Source of the DNA: Acidobacteriota bacterium | GTDB taxonomy: Bacteria > Acidobacteriota > Thermoanaerobaculia > UBA5066 > Gp7-AA6 | Assembly (NCBI GenBank): GCA_020199905.1 | Contig: JAIVJS010000076.1 | Coordinates: forward strand, 13,842 to 77,841 | Length of the DNA: 64,000 nucleotides | Direction of reading: 5' to 3' | Shown here: positions 36,647 to 45,201 of the stretch, piece by piece | Layout: each line of letters begins with the position of its first letter | Numbering within the stretch: position 1 is the first letter of the stretch | Program-made: the position numbers and the translations under genes | The notes under the pieces: generated by a model | Databases searched by the model: none | What the model was told of the DNA's origin: nothing | The model's input: only the letters and a program-made list of their open reading frames with translations

Positions 36647-37471
36647 TTACTCGCTCTTTCGGCCGGTGTCAACGGACGCGGTGGCCGGCTGGGGCAGTTT
36701 TCCGCCTCTTTCGCGGGCTTTCTTGGCGAATTCGCTGGCCGGGAACTCCTCGACCAGGCGGGAGTAGTAGCGCGATGCCTCATCCTGCCGGCCCAGCCGC
36801 TGGAGGACCTGACCCTCATAGAAGAAGAGCTTGTCCCTCCGGCCGTACTCCGGGAATCGCTGCTCGAGCTGGGCGAAGCGGGCGAGCGCCGCCCCCGCGG
36901 CGCCCTTGCGCATGTAGAAGTAGCCGACGGCGAACTCGTGCTCGGCGAGCAGGTCGACGAGCGCGTGGATGCGGGCGTTGGCCGCCGCGGAGTGGCTCGA
37001 ATTGGGAAACTCCCGCAGGAGAGCCCGGTACTGCTCGATCGCCTCGCGGGTCGAGGTCTGGTCGCGATCGGGCTTCTCGTGCTCGCGGTCGTAGCAGACG
37101 GCGAACTGGTAGCGGGCGTAATCCCGCTCGGAGGCCCCGGGATAGCGGTTCAAGAAGTCGCGGTAGCGGAATCGCGCCTCCGTGTAGCCGGTCGTACCTC
37201 CCTGCTTGAAGAAGGAATCCGCGACCATGAGGAGCGCCTGCCGGCCCAGGGGATCGTTGGGATAGGTCTCGAAGACGAAGCTCAGGTACTTGCGGCCCGC
37301 GTCGTACTTCTTCCTCTCGATCAGGGCCTTGCCCTTCTCGAAGAGCCCCTCCTTGGGGGTCGAAAGCAGCTCGGTCGTGATCTTGTCCGGCTTCTTGGAG
37401 GAGGAGGCGCAGCCGGCGGCCATCAGCACGGCAGCCAGGATCAGCGCGGTCTTCGTCTCTCGGATCTTCAA
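36647..37471 (-). CDS. bamD: Outer membrane protein assembly lipoprotein BamD
   Basis: Lipobox AAGC, TPR repeats, DRDQTSTREA and LAEHEFAVGYFY. Confidence 0.88.
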   Translation of the reverse strand: MKIRETKTALILAAVLMAAGCASSSKKPDKITTELLSTPKEGLFEKGKALIERKKYDAGRKYLSFVFETYPNDPLGRQALLMVADSFFKQGGTTGYTEARFRYRDFLNRYPGASERDYARYQFAVCYDREHEKPDRDQTSTREAIEQYRALLREFPNSSHSAAANARIHALVDLLAEHEFAVGYFYMRKGAAGAALARFAQLEQRFPEYGRRDKLFFYEGQVLQRLGRQDEASRYYSRLVEEFPASEFAKKARERGGKLPQPATASVDTGRKSE

Positions 37472-38139
37472 ACTCTCACTCCTCCCCGGGCTGCCGCCCG
37501 AAGTCTTTCTATGGCGGCCCCGGGGTCATCCTGACCGTAAACCGATGTGCCCGCGACGAGAATTTCAGCGCCCGCGCTCGCGAGGTCGGCGGCATTCGAG
37601 AGATCGACTCCCCCGTCGACCTCGATCGCGGCCCCTCGGCGCGCTTCCAGGACCGCCTGGCGGAGGCTCCGGACCTTCTCGACCGAGTGCGGCAGGAACG
37701 CCTGTCCCCCCCGCCCCGGGTTCACCGACATGACCACCGCATAGTCCAGGTCTCCCCACGAATCCGCCAGCGCGCCGACCGGCGTGGCCGGGTTCAAGAC
37801 CGCGCCGGCTCGGGCGCCGCCCCGCCGGATCACCTCGAGGCACCTCTGAAGATGACGGGTCGCCTCGACGTGCACCGAGATCCAGTCGGCGCCGGCCTCG
37901 AGGTACCGGTCGAGCGACTCCTCCGGATTCTCGATCATCAGGTGTACGTCGAGCGGCAGCCGCGTCGCTCGCTTGAGTGCGGCCACCACCGGCGGCCCGA
38001 TGGTGAGGTTGGGGACGAAGTGCCCGTCCATCACGTCGACGTGCACGGCGTCCGCCCCCCCCTCCTCGGCGATCGCGAGAGCGTCGGCCAGGCGCGCGAA
38101 GTCCGCGGACAGCAGCGAGGGCGCGATCCGGACGTTCAT
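37468..38139 (-). CDS. rpe: Ribulose-phosphate 3-epimerase
   Basis: IAPSLLSADF, HVDVMDGHFVPN, DVHLM, MSVNPG and IEVDGG. Confidence 0.96.
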   Translation of the reverse strand: MNVRIAPSLLSADFARLADALAIAEEGGADAVHVDVMDGHFVPNLTIGPPVVAALKRATRLPLDVHLMIENPEESLDRYLEAGADWISVHVEATRHLQRCLEVIRRGGARAGAVLNPATPVGALADSWGDLDYAVVMSVNPGRGGQAFLPHSVEKVRSLRQAVLEARRGAAIEVDGGVDLSNAADLASAGAEILVAGTSVYGQDDPGAAIERLRAAARGGVRV

Positions 38140-38882
38140 CGCGAAACCGGCAAGTTGAACGCGTCGGACGCCCGGGAGACGGTCACGGACACGACCTCGC
38201 GCGACGACAGCGGCGATCCGGCCGTGGGGAATTGCTTGAGGACCGTGTTGGGGGGCACACCTTCGTATGATTCGAACCGCGCGCTGCCGACGCGGAAGCC
38301 ATACGCCTCGAGCCGCGACTTCATCACCTCGGCGTCTTTTCCGATCAGGTCCGGCATGACGTACCGCGTCTCGGGGAGCCCTCGGTTGGTGAGGACGGCG
38401 ACGGGAGCGTTCTTTGCGAGGGGCGACTCGGGCTCAGGGTCCTGCGCCACGATCCCGATGCGGGCGGTCGGGTCGCGATACCAGGACAAAGCGCCGAGCT
38501 GGAGCGTGTCCTGCGCGAGACGCATCGCCGCCGCGCGGGGCGGCAGACCGGAGAGATCGGGGACCCGCAACTCCCGCGGTCCGAGCGACAGGACCACCCG
38601 CACGATCTGCGAGGGCTTGGCGAGCGATCCGCTCTCGGGCGACTGCGTCAGCACGAGATTGCGGGGGATCCGGTCGTCGTTGCGGGCGCGCGCGGCCTGC
38701 TCGTCCACCTGGAGCCCGGTGTCGTGGGCGATCCGGATGGCCTCCGGGAGGGATTTCCCGACGAGGTCCGGGACGGTCAGCGACCGGCCGACGATCGACT
38801 TCTCGAAGGCGAGCCAGGCGCCCCCGAGAAAGATCGCCACGAGCAGAAACACGTAGAGGGCGCGAAAAAGAACCCGGCGCAT
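38136..38882 (-). CDS. PASTA domain membrane protein (three PASTA repeats)
   Basis: TM followed by three (V/M)PDLxG...Q.P repeats; no kinase domain. Confidence 0.88.
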   Translation of the reverse strand: MRRVLFRALYVFLLVAIFLGGAWLAFEKSIVGRSLTVPDLVGKSLPEAIRIAHDTGLQVDEQAARARNDDRIPRNLVLTQSPESGSLAKPSQIVRVVLSLGPRELRVPDLSGLPPRAAAMRLAQDTLQLGALSWYRDPTARIGIVAQDPEPESPLAKNAPVAVLTNRGLPETRYVMPDLIGKDAEVMKSRLEAYGFRVGSARFESYEGVPPNTVLKQFPTAGSPLSSREVVSVTVSRASDAFNLPVSR

Positions 38883-38903
38883 CCAGAAAACGTAGCATAG
38901 GGA

Positions 38904-39052
38904 AGCTTTCAGCGGTCAGCTCCCAGCCGTCAGCTCTGACCCCGGTTGTGACCCATTTCATCGCCGATGAGAAGAGAGGGTCATGCAAAACATGATTTTT
39001 CCCCTGCATCGTCAGGATCGGGCTGACAGCTGATCGCTGATCGCTCACAGCT
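38904..39052. repeat. Inverted pair of AGCTGAC-family 7-bp arrays bracketing a divergent promoter region
   Basis: agctttc agcggtc agctccc agccgtc agct ... ggctgac agctgat cgctgat cgctcac agct. Confidence 0.7.
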
Positions 39053-39096
39053 CCGCGTTTGACGGCGGGCTCGCGATTTGTAACCCTAGCTCTTTC

Positions 39097-40086
39097 ATGG
39101 ACTCCTCCCGGCCGGATGAAACCGAGATCCCCGCCTGGTTCTCCGACGTCCGGTTCAAAAAGGCCGACCTCCACTGCCATTCGGTTTATTCGACCTTCAA
39201 GTACTTCCGGATCGCCAACACGCGGGACTCCTACAACCGCCCCGAAGAGGTCTACCGGGTGGCCAAGGAGAGGGGCATGGACTTCGTCACGCTGACGGAC
39301 CATGACTCGATCGACGGCTGCCTCTACCTCCTGAACCAGAATCCCGACCTCGAGGACTTCTTCATCTCGGAAGAGGTCGAGACCTGGTTTCCGGACACTC
39401 GCCAGCGCATCCACGTCAACGTCTTCGACATCGACGAACGGCAGCACCGCGAGATCCAGCGGCTCCGCGAGAACATCTACGATCTCCACGCCTGGCTCCG
39501 GCAGGAAGGGATCCTTGCCTCCGCCAACCACATGTTTCAGAACTACCGGATGCGGAACTCGCCGCGCCAGTACTTCGAAGAGATGCTCCGTATGTTCGAC
39601 GTCTTCGAAGTGAAAAACGGCGCCATGGCCTCTCAGCACAACCGTCTGATCGAGGACCTGATGGCCGTCGTCCGCGAGAAGCGCGGCGCCGTGTCGCTCG
39701 TCGCGGGCTCCGACGCCCATACCCTCGCTCCTCTGGCGAAGGTCTACACCGTGGCGGAGGGCGCGACGCCCCGGGAATTCCTGGCCCGCATCCGCTCGGG
39801 AGAGTGCTTCGTATGGGGCAGCGAGATGGGATTCCGCGTGCTGTTGTCAGACGTCTACCAGATGGTCTTCCGCTACTACGGCAGCGTCCTCGACTGGCGC
39901 AACCCGGAGTTCACGCGCGGCGAGAAGGCGCGCCATCTCGCCCTGGCGGCGATGGGGGCGCCGTTTTCGGCCGCCGGCGTCCCGTTCGCGCTCACGTCGC
40001 TCAACTACCTCAAACAGATCTTCGTCTCCCGCCGGATCGGGCAGGAGCTCCTCGAGAAAATCGCGGATCCCGAGAAACCTTCCTGA
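39097..40086 (+). CDS. PHP domain metal-dependent phosphoesterase
   Basis: DLHCHS, TLTDHD, ANH, FEVKNG and GSDAH. Confidence 0.88.
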   Translation: MDSSRPDETEIPAWFSDVRFKKADLHCHSVYSTFKYFRIANTRDSYNRPEEVYRVAKERGMDFVTLTDHDSIDGCLYLLNQNPDLEDFFISEEVETWFPDTRQRIHVNVFDIDERQHREIQRLRENIYDLHAWLRQEGILASANHMFQNYRMRNSPRQYFEEMLRMFDVFEVKNGAMASQHNRLIEDLMAVVREKRGAVSLVAGSDAHTLAPLAKVYTVAEGATPREFLARIRSGECFVWGSEMGFRVLLSDVYQMVFRYYGSVLDWRNPEFTRGEKARHLALAAMGAPFSAAGVPFALTSLNYLKQIFVSRRIGQELLEKIADPEKPS

Positions 40087-40118
40087 CGCGGAGAGACATC
40101 GGCGCCGCTCGCCAACGG

Positions 40119-41075
40119 GTGAGGCGAAAGACAGACAGGGCGCGGCCGCGACCCGAATCCTCCGCGGAGCGGGCGGGCGTCGACGGCGGCCGCGGACCGG
40201 CGAGCGACTCTCTTTTGATCGGCGCCCACCACTCGATCGCGGGAGGGACCCCGCGCGCCGTCGAGCGGGGGATCTCGACGGGGTGCCGCGTCCTCCAGAT
40301 CTTCGTCAAGAACAACAGCCGCTGGGTCGGAAAGGAGATCCCCGACACGGAAGCGCGCGAGTTCCGCCGGACCGCGCGGGCTGCCTCTTTCTCTCACGTG
40401 GTCGCGCACGCGTCGTATCTCATCAACCTCGGCTCCCCCGCCGCCGCGCTGCGCGCCCAATCCACGGCGGCGCTGGCCGACGAGATCGCGCGCTGCGGGC
40501 GCCTGGGGATTCCCGCGCTCGTTCTTCATCCGGGCTCTCACGGCGGAGAGGGCGAAGCGGCCGGCGTGACGCGGATCGCCGCGGGTCTCGACGAGGCGCT
40601 CGAGCGCACGGCGGGAGTGCGCGTGCGGGTGCTCCTCGAGACCGCGGCCGGACAGGGCAACGCGGTGGGGCACACGTTCGAGCACCTGCGGGACATCCTG
40701 GGTGCCCTGCGGAGGCCCCGTCGGGTCGCCGTCTGCTTCGACACGTGTCACGTCCACGCCGCCGGCTACGACCTCGTCTCGGCGCGCGGCTGGGAGGAGA
40801 CCGTCGGCGCGCTCGAACGGACCGTCGGCCTCGATCGCCTGCACGCGATCCATGTCAACGACTCCAAGCGGCCGCGCGGATCCCGCGTCGACCGTCACGA
40901 GCACATCGGACTGGGAATGATCGGAGAAGCCGGCTTCCGCCATCTCCTCTCCGACTCGCGCCTCCAGGGCATACCAAAGTTTCTGGAGACTCCCAAGGAC
41001 GAGGCGCTCGATTTCGATCGTAAGAATCTCGAGACCCTTCGCCGCCTCGCCGGCGAGGGCCCTCCGCCCGCATGA
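40119..41075 (+). CDS. nfo: Endonuclease IV
   Basis: IGAHHSIAGG, HASYLINL, HPGS, LETAAGQG, CFDTCH, HVNDSK, DRHEHIG and LETP; start uncertain (40119 or 40215). Confidence 0.92.
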   Translation: MRRKTDRARPRPESSAERAGVDGGRGPASDSLLIGAHHSIAGGTPRAVERGISTGCRVLQIFVKNNSRWVGKEIPDTEAREFRRTARAASFSHVVAHASYLINLGSPAAALRAQSTAALADEIARCGRLGIPALVLHPGSHGGEGEAAGVTRIAAGLDEALERTAGVRVRVLLETAAGQGNAVGHTFEHLRDILGALRRPRRVAVCFDTCHVHAAGYDLVSARGWEETVGALERTVGLDRLHAIHVNDSKRPRGSRVDRHEHIGLGMIGEAGFRHLLSDSRLQGIPKFLETPKDEALDFDRKNLETLRRLAGEGPPPA

Positions 41076-41518
41076 GCCGCGCGCGGCGATCGCCCGAAAG
41101 CGTCGTCCTTCTGCTGGGAGCGGGAGCCCTCGCCGCGTGGTCCTTCGCGCGGCTTCCCGAGCCGCGGGAGATGTTCCGGCCCGCGATCACGCCGTTCGAC
41201 CGCACGGATTCGCGAACCACGGCGGGCCCGGCGTTTCACTTCCTCTCGAGCGCGGCGCCGGCGGTTCCCGCGGGCGCGGCCGCCGTCGCCGTGACGGAAC
41301 CGCGCGACGCCGCCCGCGAGAGCGCGCTCCACGGAGCCGCCGTCGCGCTTCTGCCGGGCCGCCGGGTCCTGCCCGGCGCGCAGTGGAATGCCTTCACACC
41401 GGATTACGAGGCGCAGGCGGAGTATGTCCTGGTGCTCGGGCCGCCCCCGGCCGTTTCTCCCGGGACTCGTCTCTTCGAGGGGGCCGGGGGATCAGTCTGG
41501 AAGCGGCGGCGCCCTTGA
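41072..41518 (+). CDS. Hypothetical membrane-anchored protein
   Basis: ATGA overlap with nfo and TTGA overlap with the next gene; N-terminal TM. Confidence 0.65.
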   Translation: MSRARRSPESVVLLLGAGALAAWSFARLPEPREMFRPAITPFDRTDSRTTAGPAFHFLSSAAPAVPAGAAAVAVTEPRDAARESALHGAAVALLPGRRVLPGAQWNAFTPDYEAQAEYVLVLGPPPAVSPGTRLFEGAGGSVWKRRRP

Positions 41519-42894
41519 GCGCGGCGGTGGCCTGGCTCGCGAGCGGCATCGCCCTTCCCGCGGCGGGAGCGCCGCTGCTGCTGCATCCCGCCTTCCGCCC
41601 GCTCGGTGTCGCGTGCCGGGCGGTGCTGGCAGCGGCGGCGGGCGCGGTTGTGCTTTCGTGGACGATGACCGTCCTGACCATCGCGCGCGTGCCGTGGACC
41701 GTCCCGCTCCTCGTCCCCCTCACGGCGGCGCAGTGTTTCGCGCTGCGGCTCGCTCTCGGACGTCGCGGCCCTCCGGTGGACGGCGACGTCCCCCGCGATC
41801 GCTCCGTTCCTCTTTCCGCGTTCGAGCGCCTCGGAATCGTCGTCTGCGGCGGCGCGGTTCTCGCGGCTTTCGCGGCCGCGCTCGCCGCGGCGGCGACCTC
41901 GCCGGACCTCCTCCTCTTCTGGGGGCCGAAGGCAGAGGTCTTCGCGGCGGCGCGCCGGATCGACGACGGATTCCTCGGCGAGCCTTTCCTCCGCTACCTG
42001 CACACGTCGTATCCGCCGCTCGTCACGAACCTCTACGCTTTCGCCACGCTCGCGGCGGGACGGTTGCCGTGGATGGCCGCGGTGGCGACCTCGCCGCTGC
42101 TGCTCGGCGCGTGCGCGATGGCTCTTCCGGGAATCCTGCGGCGCTTCGCCGGCCGGAGCGAGGCCATCGCGGCGACGGCCGCCATCGCGGCGTGCCTCGG
42201 CTTTCTCTCCCACTCGCTCGAGATCGCCGGCAACGCCGACATGGCGCTCCTCCTCTTCCAGATCCTCGCGATGGCTTTGCTCCTCGGCCCGGATGTGCAG
42301 AGGCGGCCCGGTCAGCTGCTCGCGGGGCTGCTGTTTGCGGGCGCCGCGGCGGCGAAGGTGGAAGGCCTGCCGTTCGTGCTCGCCGCCGGAGCGCTGTTTC
42401 TCCGGACGCGGCGCCGGAACCTCCCCTGGCCCTCGGCGCCGGTGCTGCTGTTCGGGCCCGCCGCGCTGTCGCTCGGCGCGTGGTTCGTGTTCGGGCGGAG
42501 GACGTACCTGTTCGGCTGGTACGAAGGCTACGGCCGCACGCTCGACATCCACTGGGAGCGGCTCCCGCTCGTGCTCGCGGGGATCGGATCCGCGATGTGG
42601 CGCGCCGGGGCGGCGCTGGCGTGGCTCGTTCCCCTGGCGGCGTGGGTCGTCGCGCGGTCGCGGTCCCGCGGCTCCCTCTCCCCGGTCGGCCTCGCCTCCG
42701 TGCTTTCGGCCTTCTTCGTCTTCACGTATCTGCACGGCGGCCAGGACCCCACGCTGTGGATCCAGTGGTCCGCCGGCCGCATCTTCATGGTGCTCGTTCC
42801 GCTTCTCGTTCTCGCCGCGGTGAGCGGTCCTCCGGCTTCCGACGCCGCGGGAAGCGCAGGAAGAAAAGGGAAATCGCCAGCGCTGCCAGGCTGA
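41515..42894 (+). CDS. Polytopic membrane protein, GT-C fold glycosyltransferase-like
   Basis: More than 10 TMs; D...FWGPKA, HTSYPPL, GNAD and KVEG motifs; TTG start at 41515. Confidence 0.7.
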   Translation: MSAAVAWLASGIALPAAGAPLLLHPAFRPLGVACRAVLAAAAGAVVLSWTMTVLTIARVPWTVPLLVPLTAAQCFALRLALGRRGPPVDGDVPRDRSVPLSAFERLGIVVCGGAVLAAFAAALAAAATSPDLLLFWGPKAEVFAAARRIDDGFLGEPFLRYLHTSYPPLVTNLYAFATLAAGRLPWMAAVATSPLLLGACAMALPGILRRFAGRSEAIAATAAIAACLGFLSHSLEIAGNADMALLLFQILAMALLLGPDVQRRPGQLLAGLLFAGAAAAKVEGLPFVLAAGALFLRTRRRNLPWPSAPVLLFGPAALSLGAWFVFGRRTYLFGWYEGYGRTLDIHWERLPLVLAGIGSAMWRAGAALAWLVPLAAWVVARSRSRGSLSPVGLASVLSAFFVFTYLHGGQDPTLWIQWSAGRIFMVLVPLLVLAAVSGPPASDAAGSAGRKGKSPALPG

Positions 42895-45190
42895 TCGCGC
42901 CGCCGGCGACGACGCTGTCGGGGCGGTACTCGAGGACGGCTTCATGGCGGCCGGCCGGGACGCGGAAGCCCACGAACGCGTGGTTGTACGTGAGCGTCGG
43001 CGCGGGCCGTCCGTCGACACGCAGCTTCCACCCCGGCCAGTCCGTCATCGACGTTCCCACCACGGCCGGCGCCTGCGCCTCGATCATCAGCGCAAGACGC
43101 TGGACGCCGTAGCCGGCAATCGAAACGGACGCCGGTCCGTTTTCCTGCGACTCTTCTCCGCGCGCTTCCCCTTCGGAGAGGACGCCCTGTTCGCGAAAAT
43201 CCGGGATCGCCGCCAGGGCCGCCAGCCGCCGCTGGGCATCCGGCTCGGACCGGACGCGGCGCGGCGCGAACGCGCGAGGAAGGACTCCGGGATTCTCGAC
43301 GAGAATCCCTTCCGCCCCGCGAGAGAGGACGCGCCACCCGGGCGGCGTCTCGTTGCCCTCGGGCATCAGAAACCACCGGACGTTCAGGAACGAGAGAAAC
43401 GGCCGGGTCGGGTCGTCGATCCGATTGAACCAGACGGGCTGGTGAACGCACCAGAGAGGAAACGTGTCGTAGAGGGGCTTGAAGGTCATCGCCTCGTAGC
43501 CGCGGACGTCCTCGAGCTCGTACAGCGCCGCGATGTTCGGGACGAAGGCGACGCCGACGGCGGTCGTGCGCCACGGCAGCTCGCGGGGAATGTTCCGGAA
43601 AGAGGCCAGCTGCGGGTAAAACGCCGACGCGCGATACGTCGGATAGATGCCGCCTTCCTCGAGGCGCCTCTCGACGAACAGCAGCACGAGGCACGCGCCG
43701 ACCGCCGCCGCCCCCCGGCGGCGCGGGATCACGGCGAAGAGAAGCACGGCGGCGGCCAGCGGGACAGCCTGGTAGAGGAAGCGGTCGCGGAAGAATTCGG
43801 GAGGCAGCGCCAGCGAAGCGAACCGCGGGCCTCCCCGGACATAGAGAAGGGAGATCACGGCAAGCGCGGCGACGCCGCCCCAGATCGCGAGCCGGCGCCG
43901 CTCGAGGGTTCGGAGTCTCTCCGCCCCGATTGCGGCGAGCCCCGCGGTCGCAAATGCCCCGAGAAAGACCATCCGCTCGTTGATCCCGATGTCGAAAAGC
44001 GGGAGCCTCGTGATCGCGTCCGTGACGACGGGAATCCGGGCGCCGACGGCCGCCCCGAGCAGGCCGATCGTCGCGAACGCCCACGCCTCCCGCCGGCGGG
44101 AGAGAAGACCGGCGAGCGCGAAGGGCCAGAGGATCGCGCCCGCGTATGTCGAGGGCTCGACGAGTCCCGCCGGGGTGTTGCCGTGGCCGGCGAACCCCCA
44201 GGCGAACGGCTGCAGATCCGGGAGGGCGCGGCGAAGGGCGTCGGCCAGCGGCAGCGACTTCTTCACGTGAGCGTAATAACCGGTCCGGAAAAACTGCTCG
44301 AGCGTGTGCGGCAGCGCCTCGGCCAGCGGAAGCAGCAGGACGGCGCAGAGGCTCAGGGTGAGCGCGCCGGCCAGAAGCGAAAGCAGCAGGCCGCGTTTCC
44401 GCTTCGAGGCATCGGTGCCGGAGAGCTCGAAAAGAAAGTAGATGCCCGCTCCCGTGACGCAGTGCAGGAGAGACTCGGGATGCCCGGAGGTCAGGATCAG
44501 AAAGAGCGAGATCACGGTGATCGCGACCGCCGACCGTCCCGGCGATCGCGCCAGCCGGCGCAGCCCGAGAAACAGAAGAGGAAGCGGCGCGGCCGCCGGC
44601 GTCAGCGGGTATCCGAGGAAAAAAACCATGTAGTCGCAGAAGGCCCACGCCGCGGCGCCGAGGAGAGCCGGGACCTCGGAGCAGCCGATCTCCCGGAAGA
44701 AGAGCCAGGCGGCGAGGAGCGCCAGGAAATACCGGAGGGCCATCTCGAACGTCCACGCCTGTCCGAGGGGAAGCAGGAAGCCGATCCACGTCGCCGGGTG
44801 GAGGACCACGGGCTGCTGGACCGCGAGAAGGGGCTCGCCCGTGAGGACGAACCGGTTCCAGAGCGGCAGGCGGCCGTTTTTCGCGGCGTCGCGCACCGCC
44901 TTGCGCCAGGGGACCTCCTGATAGATGACGTCCCCTAAGAGCGGCGTCTGCGCCGTCTCGACGCCCTGCTCCGCGGCGTGGGACGCCAGCGGGGGCGTGA
45001 GATACGGGATGTCGATCGGCGCGTGAACTCCCGCGGTCAACAGGGCCCGGCCGACGAGAAGAAACGGGCCGAGAGAGAGGAGAAGCGCCGCGCGGCGCGT
45101 GACGGGAAAAACGTAACGGTTCGCCAGGAACAGGCACAACGCCGCGGTGCCGAAATACACCGCCAGAAGGCGCAGGACGAGAAGGAACAC
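42785..45190 (-). CDS. YfhO family membrane glycosyltransferase-like protein (paralog 1)
   Basis: PLWNRFVLTGEPLLA, SGHPE, LEDVRGYE, PGWK and NHAFVG...PAGRH..LEYRP; the upstream part of the 1562-aa ORF is a shadow frame. Confidence 0.85.
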   Translation of the reverse strand: MFLLVLRLLAVYFGTAALCLFLANRYVFPVTRRAALLLSLGPFLLVGRALLTAGVHAPIDIPYLTPPLASHAAEQGVETAQTPLLGDVIYQEVPWRKAVRDAAKNGRLPLWNRFVLTGEPLLAVQQPVVLHPATWIGFLLPLGQAWTFEMALRYFLALLAAWLFFREIGCSEVPALLGAAAWAFCDYMVFFLGYPLTPAAAPLPLLFLGLRRLARSPGRSAVAITVISLFLILTSGHPESLLHCVTGAGIYFLFELSGTDASKRKRGLLLSLLAGALTLSLCAVLLLPLAEALPHTLEQFFRTGYYAHVKKSLPLADALRRALPDLQPFAWGFAGHGNTPAGLVEPSTYAGAILWPFALAGLLSRRREAWAFATIGLLGAAVGARIPVVTDAITRLPLFDIGINERMVFLGAFATAGLAAIGAERLRTLERRRLAIWGGVAALAVISLLYVRGGPRFASLALPPEFFRDRFLYQAVPLAAAVLLFAVIPRRRGAAAVGACLVLLFVERRLEEGGIYPTYRASAFYPQLASFRNIPRELPWRTTAVGVAFVPNIAALYELEDVRGYEAMTFKPLYDTFPLWCVHQPVWFNRIDDPTRPFLSFLNVRWFLMPEGNETPPGWRVLSRGAEGILVENPGVLPRAFAPRRVRSEPDAQRRLAALAAIPDFREQGVLSEGEARGEESQENGPASVSIAGYGVQRLALMIEAQAPAVVGTSMTDWPGWKLRVDGRPAPTLTYNHAFVGFRVPAGRHEAVLEYRPDSVVAGGAISLAALAISLFFLRFPRRRKPEDRSPRREREAERAP

Positions 45191-45201
45191 GGCGGGGGAG
45201 T